From positions 124,001 to 188,000 of the forward strand of contig NW_003314366.1 in assembly GCF_000143415.4 (NCBI RefSeq): a stretch of DNA of 64,000 nt, given 5' to 3'. The notes under the pieces are model-generated. The model saw only the letters and a program-made list of their open reading frames with translations, was not told the DNA's origin and did no database searches. The DNA comes from Selaginella moellendorffii (lineage: Eukaryota > Plantae > Lycopodiophyta). The stretch's first letter is position 1; each line of letters starts with the position of its first letter. Below are positions 62,809-64,000 of this stretch, one piece after another. Both the position numbers and the translations under genes were made by a program.

Positions 62809-63971
62809 ATGGCTGCGTCTGGGTTTCCCAGGGGTGTGAGCGATGACGATGATGACTGGGAGGAGGAGGAGGAGGAATCCACATCCACGCGTGACGCGCA
62901 GCACAAGAAGAGGGGCAAACAAGGCAGCGGGGGTCTGGTTCCATCCAAATCCACCGTGTATGTGAGCAATCTCGATTTCGCGCTCACCAACAGCGATCTC
63001 TACACGATCTTCAGCAAAATGGGCAAAGTAGGCAAGTAAGCAGGTATTTCTTTGCGATCTTGCGAGGGGATTTTGCTCACGAGCTCGCGATCCAGGGTGA
63101 CGGTGATGAAGGACAGGGTAACGCGGCAGAGCAAAGGAGTGGCATTTATCTTGTTCACTGCGCGAGAGGATGCCGAGAAAGCGGTGAGAGCTTGTGAATG
63201 GAGGAGATGGAAGCTCTGCTAACCAGCGCATTGCGTTTCCCAGGTGAAGGCCATGGATGGAGTGGTGCTCAACAAGAGAACCTTGAAAGTTTCCATTGCG
63301 CAAGACAATGGCCGGGCTCGAGAGTTTATCCGTCGCAAGGTAGAACAAAGGAAGACCATCTCTTTCTCGCTCGGGCTTGCTTGGATTGATCATGTCTCCC
63401 GCTTGTTTGCGTCCACCAGGTTTACAAGGACAAGAGCCGGTGCTACGAGTGTGGCGAGGATGGCCATCTATCGTACGAGTGTCCAAAGAACAAGGTGGAG
63501 TTTTGCTCGTAAAGTTTGCTCTGTGACATGCGTTTCATTCACGCAGCTTTTCAGGGAGCGGCCTTGTCCCAAGAAGCAGCGTCGGGGACAAAAGGACGTA
63601 ACGCAACCGGTGGACGATCCAGCTGAGAGGTTTGCAAATCTTTTCTCTGTCACTGCTTGAATGGATTTGTGCAGCGAGGACGAAGAAGGAGAAGAACAAG
63701 AAGAAGCTCCAGCACCTGAAGGCTGGGCATCAATTGTAGACACGAGGTAAAGGTTTGCTTTTGACAAACAGCGTCCCGGAGATGATGATGCTCGTTTGGG
63801 TTTTTGCAGGAATACATTTGATACGCAACACACTCAAAAGCAGCCATCACGAGGACTCAAGGTCTCATTTTTTCTTCTCTTGCTTTCCTACTGACGCTTT
63901 GGTTTGCTTGTGTTTCAAAGGGGCCGAGAAAGAGCAGTGGCTACTTTAGTGATGAAAGCGATCACGATTAG
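62809..63971 (+). CDS. ZCRB1: U11/U12 snRNP 31K protein (RRM plus CCHC zinc knuckle)
   Basis: [69 protein letters not shown] and terminal [10 protein letters not shown]. Confidence 0.93.
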
Positions 63972-64000
63972 ATTTCAAGCAGCATGGCATTCACTGTCTG

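Overview
Eukaryotic, gene-dense land-plant nuclear DNA with very short (~50-70 nt) introns and intergenic gaps often under 250 bp. This, plus S-motif-rich PLS PPR genes and a flagellar gene next to a stomatal bHLH, points to a lycophyte such as Selaginella (inference). I reconstructed about 25 spliced protein-coding genes by hand: a MASP1-like LRR protein, a VIT1-like transporter, NTRC, MPDU1, TMEM184/LAZ1, DWF5, NOP16, GUN1, a PL7/citrate-binding protein, a CBL, a microprotein, two PLS-PPRs, two receptor kinases, a CPBP protease, FAMA/SMF, an axonemal MIP-like protein, HIR, two LysRS paralogues, RBX1, NPSN and ZCRB1. Two repeat-rich islands (~1-5.4 kb and ~45-53.5 kb) carry Crinkler/RHS-like REase and NTPase gene pieces, a Ty3/Gypsy remnant with an extra 3' ORF, a ~1 kb fold-back and a split, inverted germin pseudogene. 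The best candidate for an undescribed system is the tandem LysRS pair: the upstream copy keeps an intact multi-exon ORF but has lost its Mg-, lysine- and anticodon-binding residues. Family assignments come from motif recognition and recalled reference sequences; no searches were run, and exon boundaries are manual.
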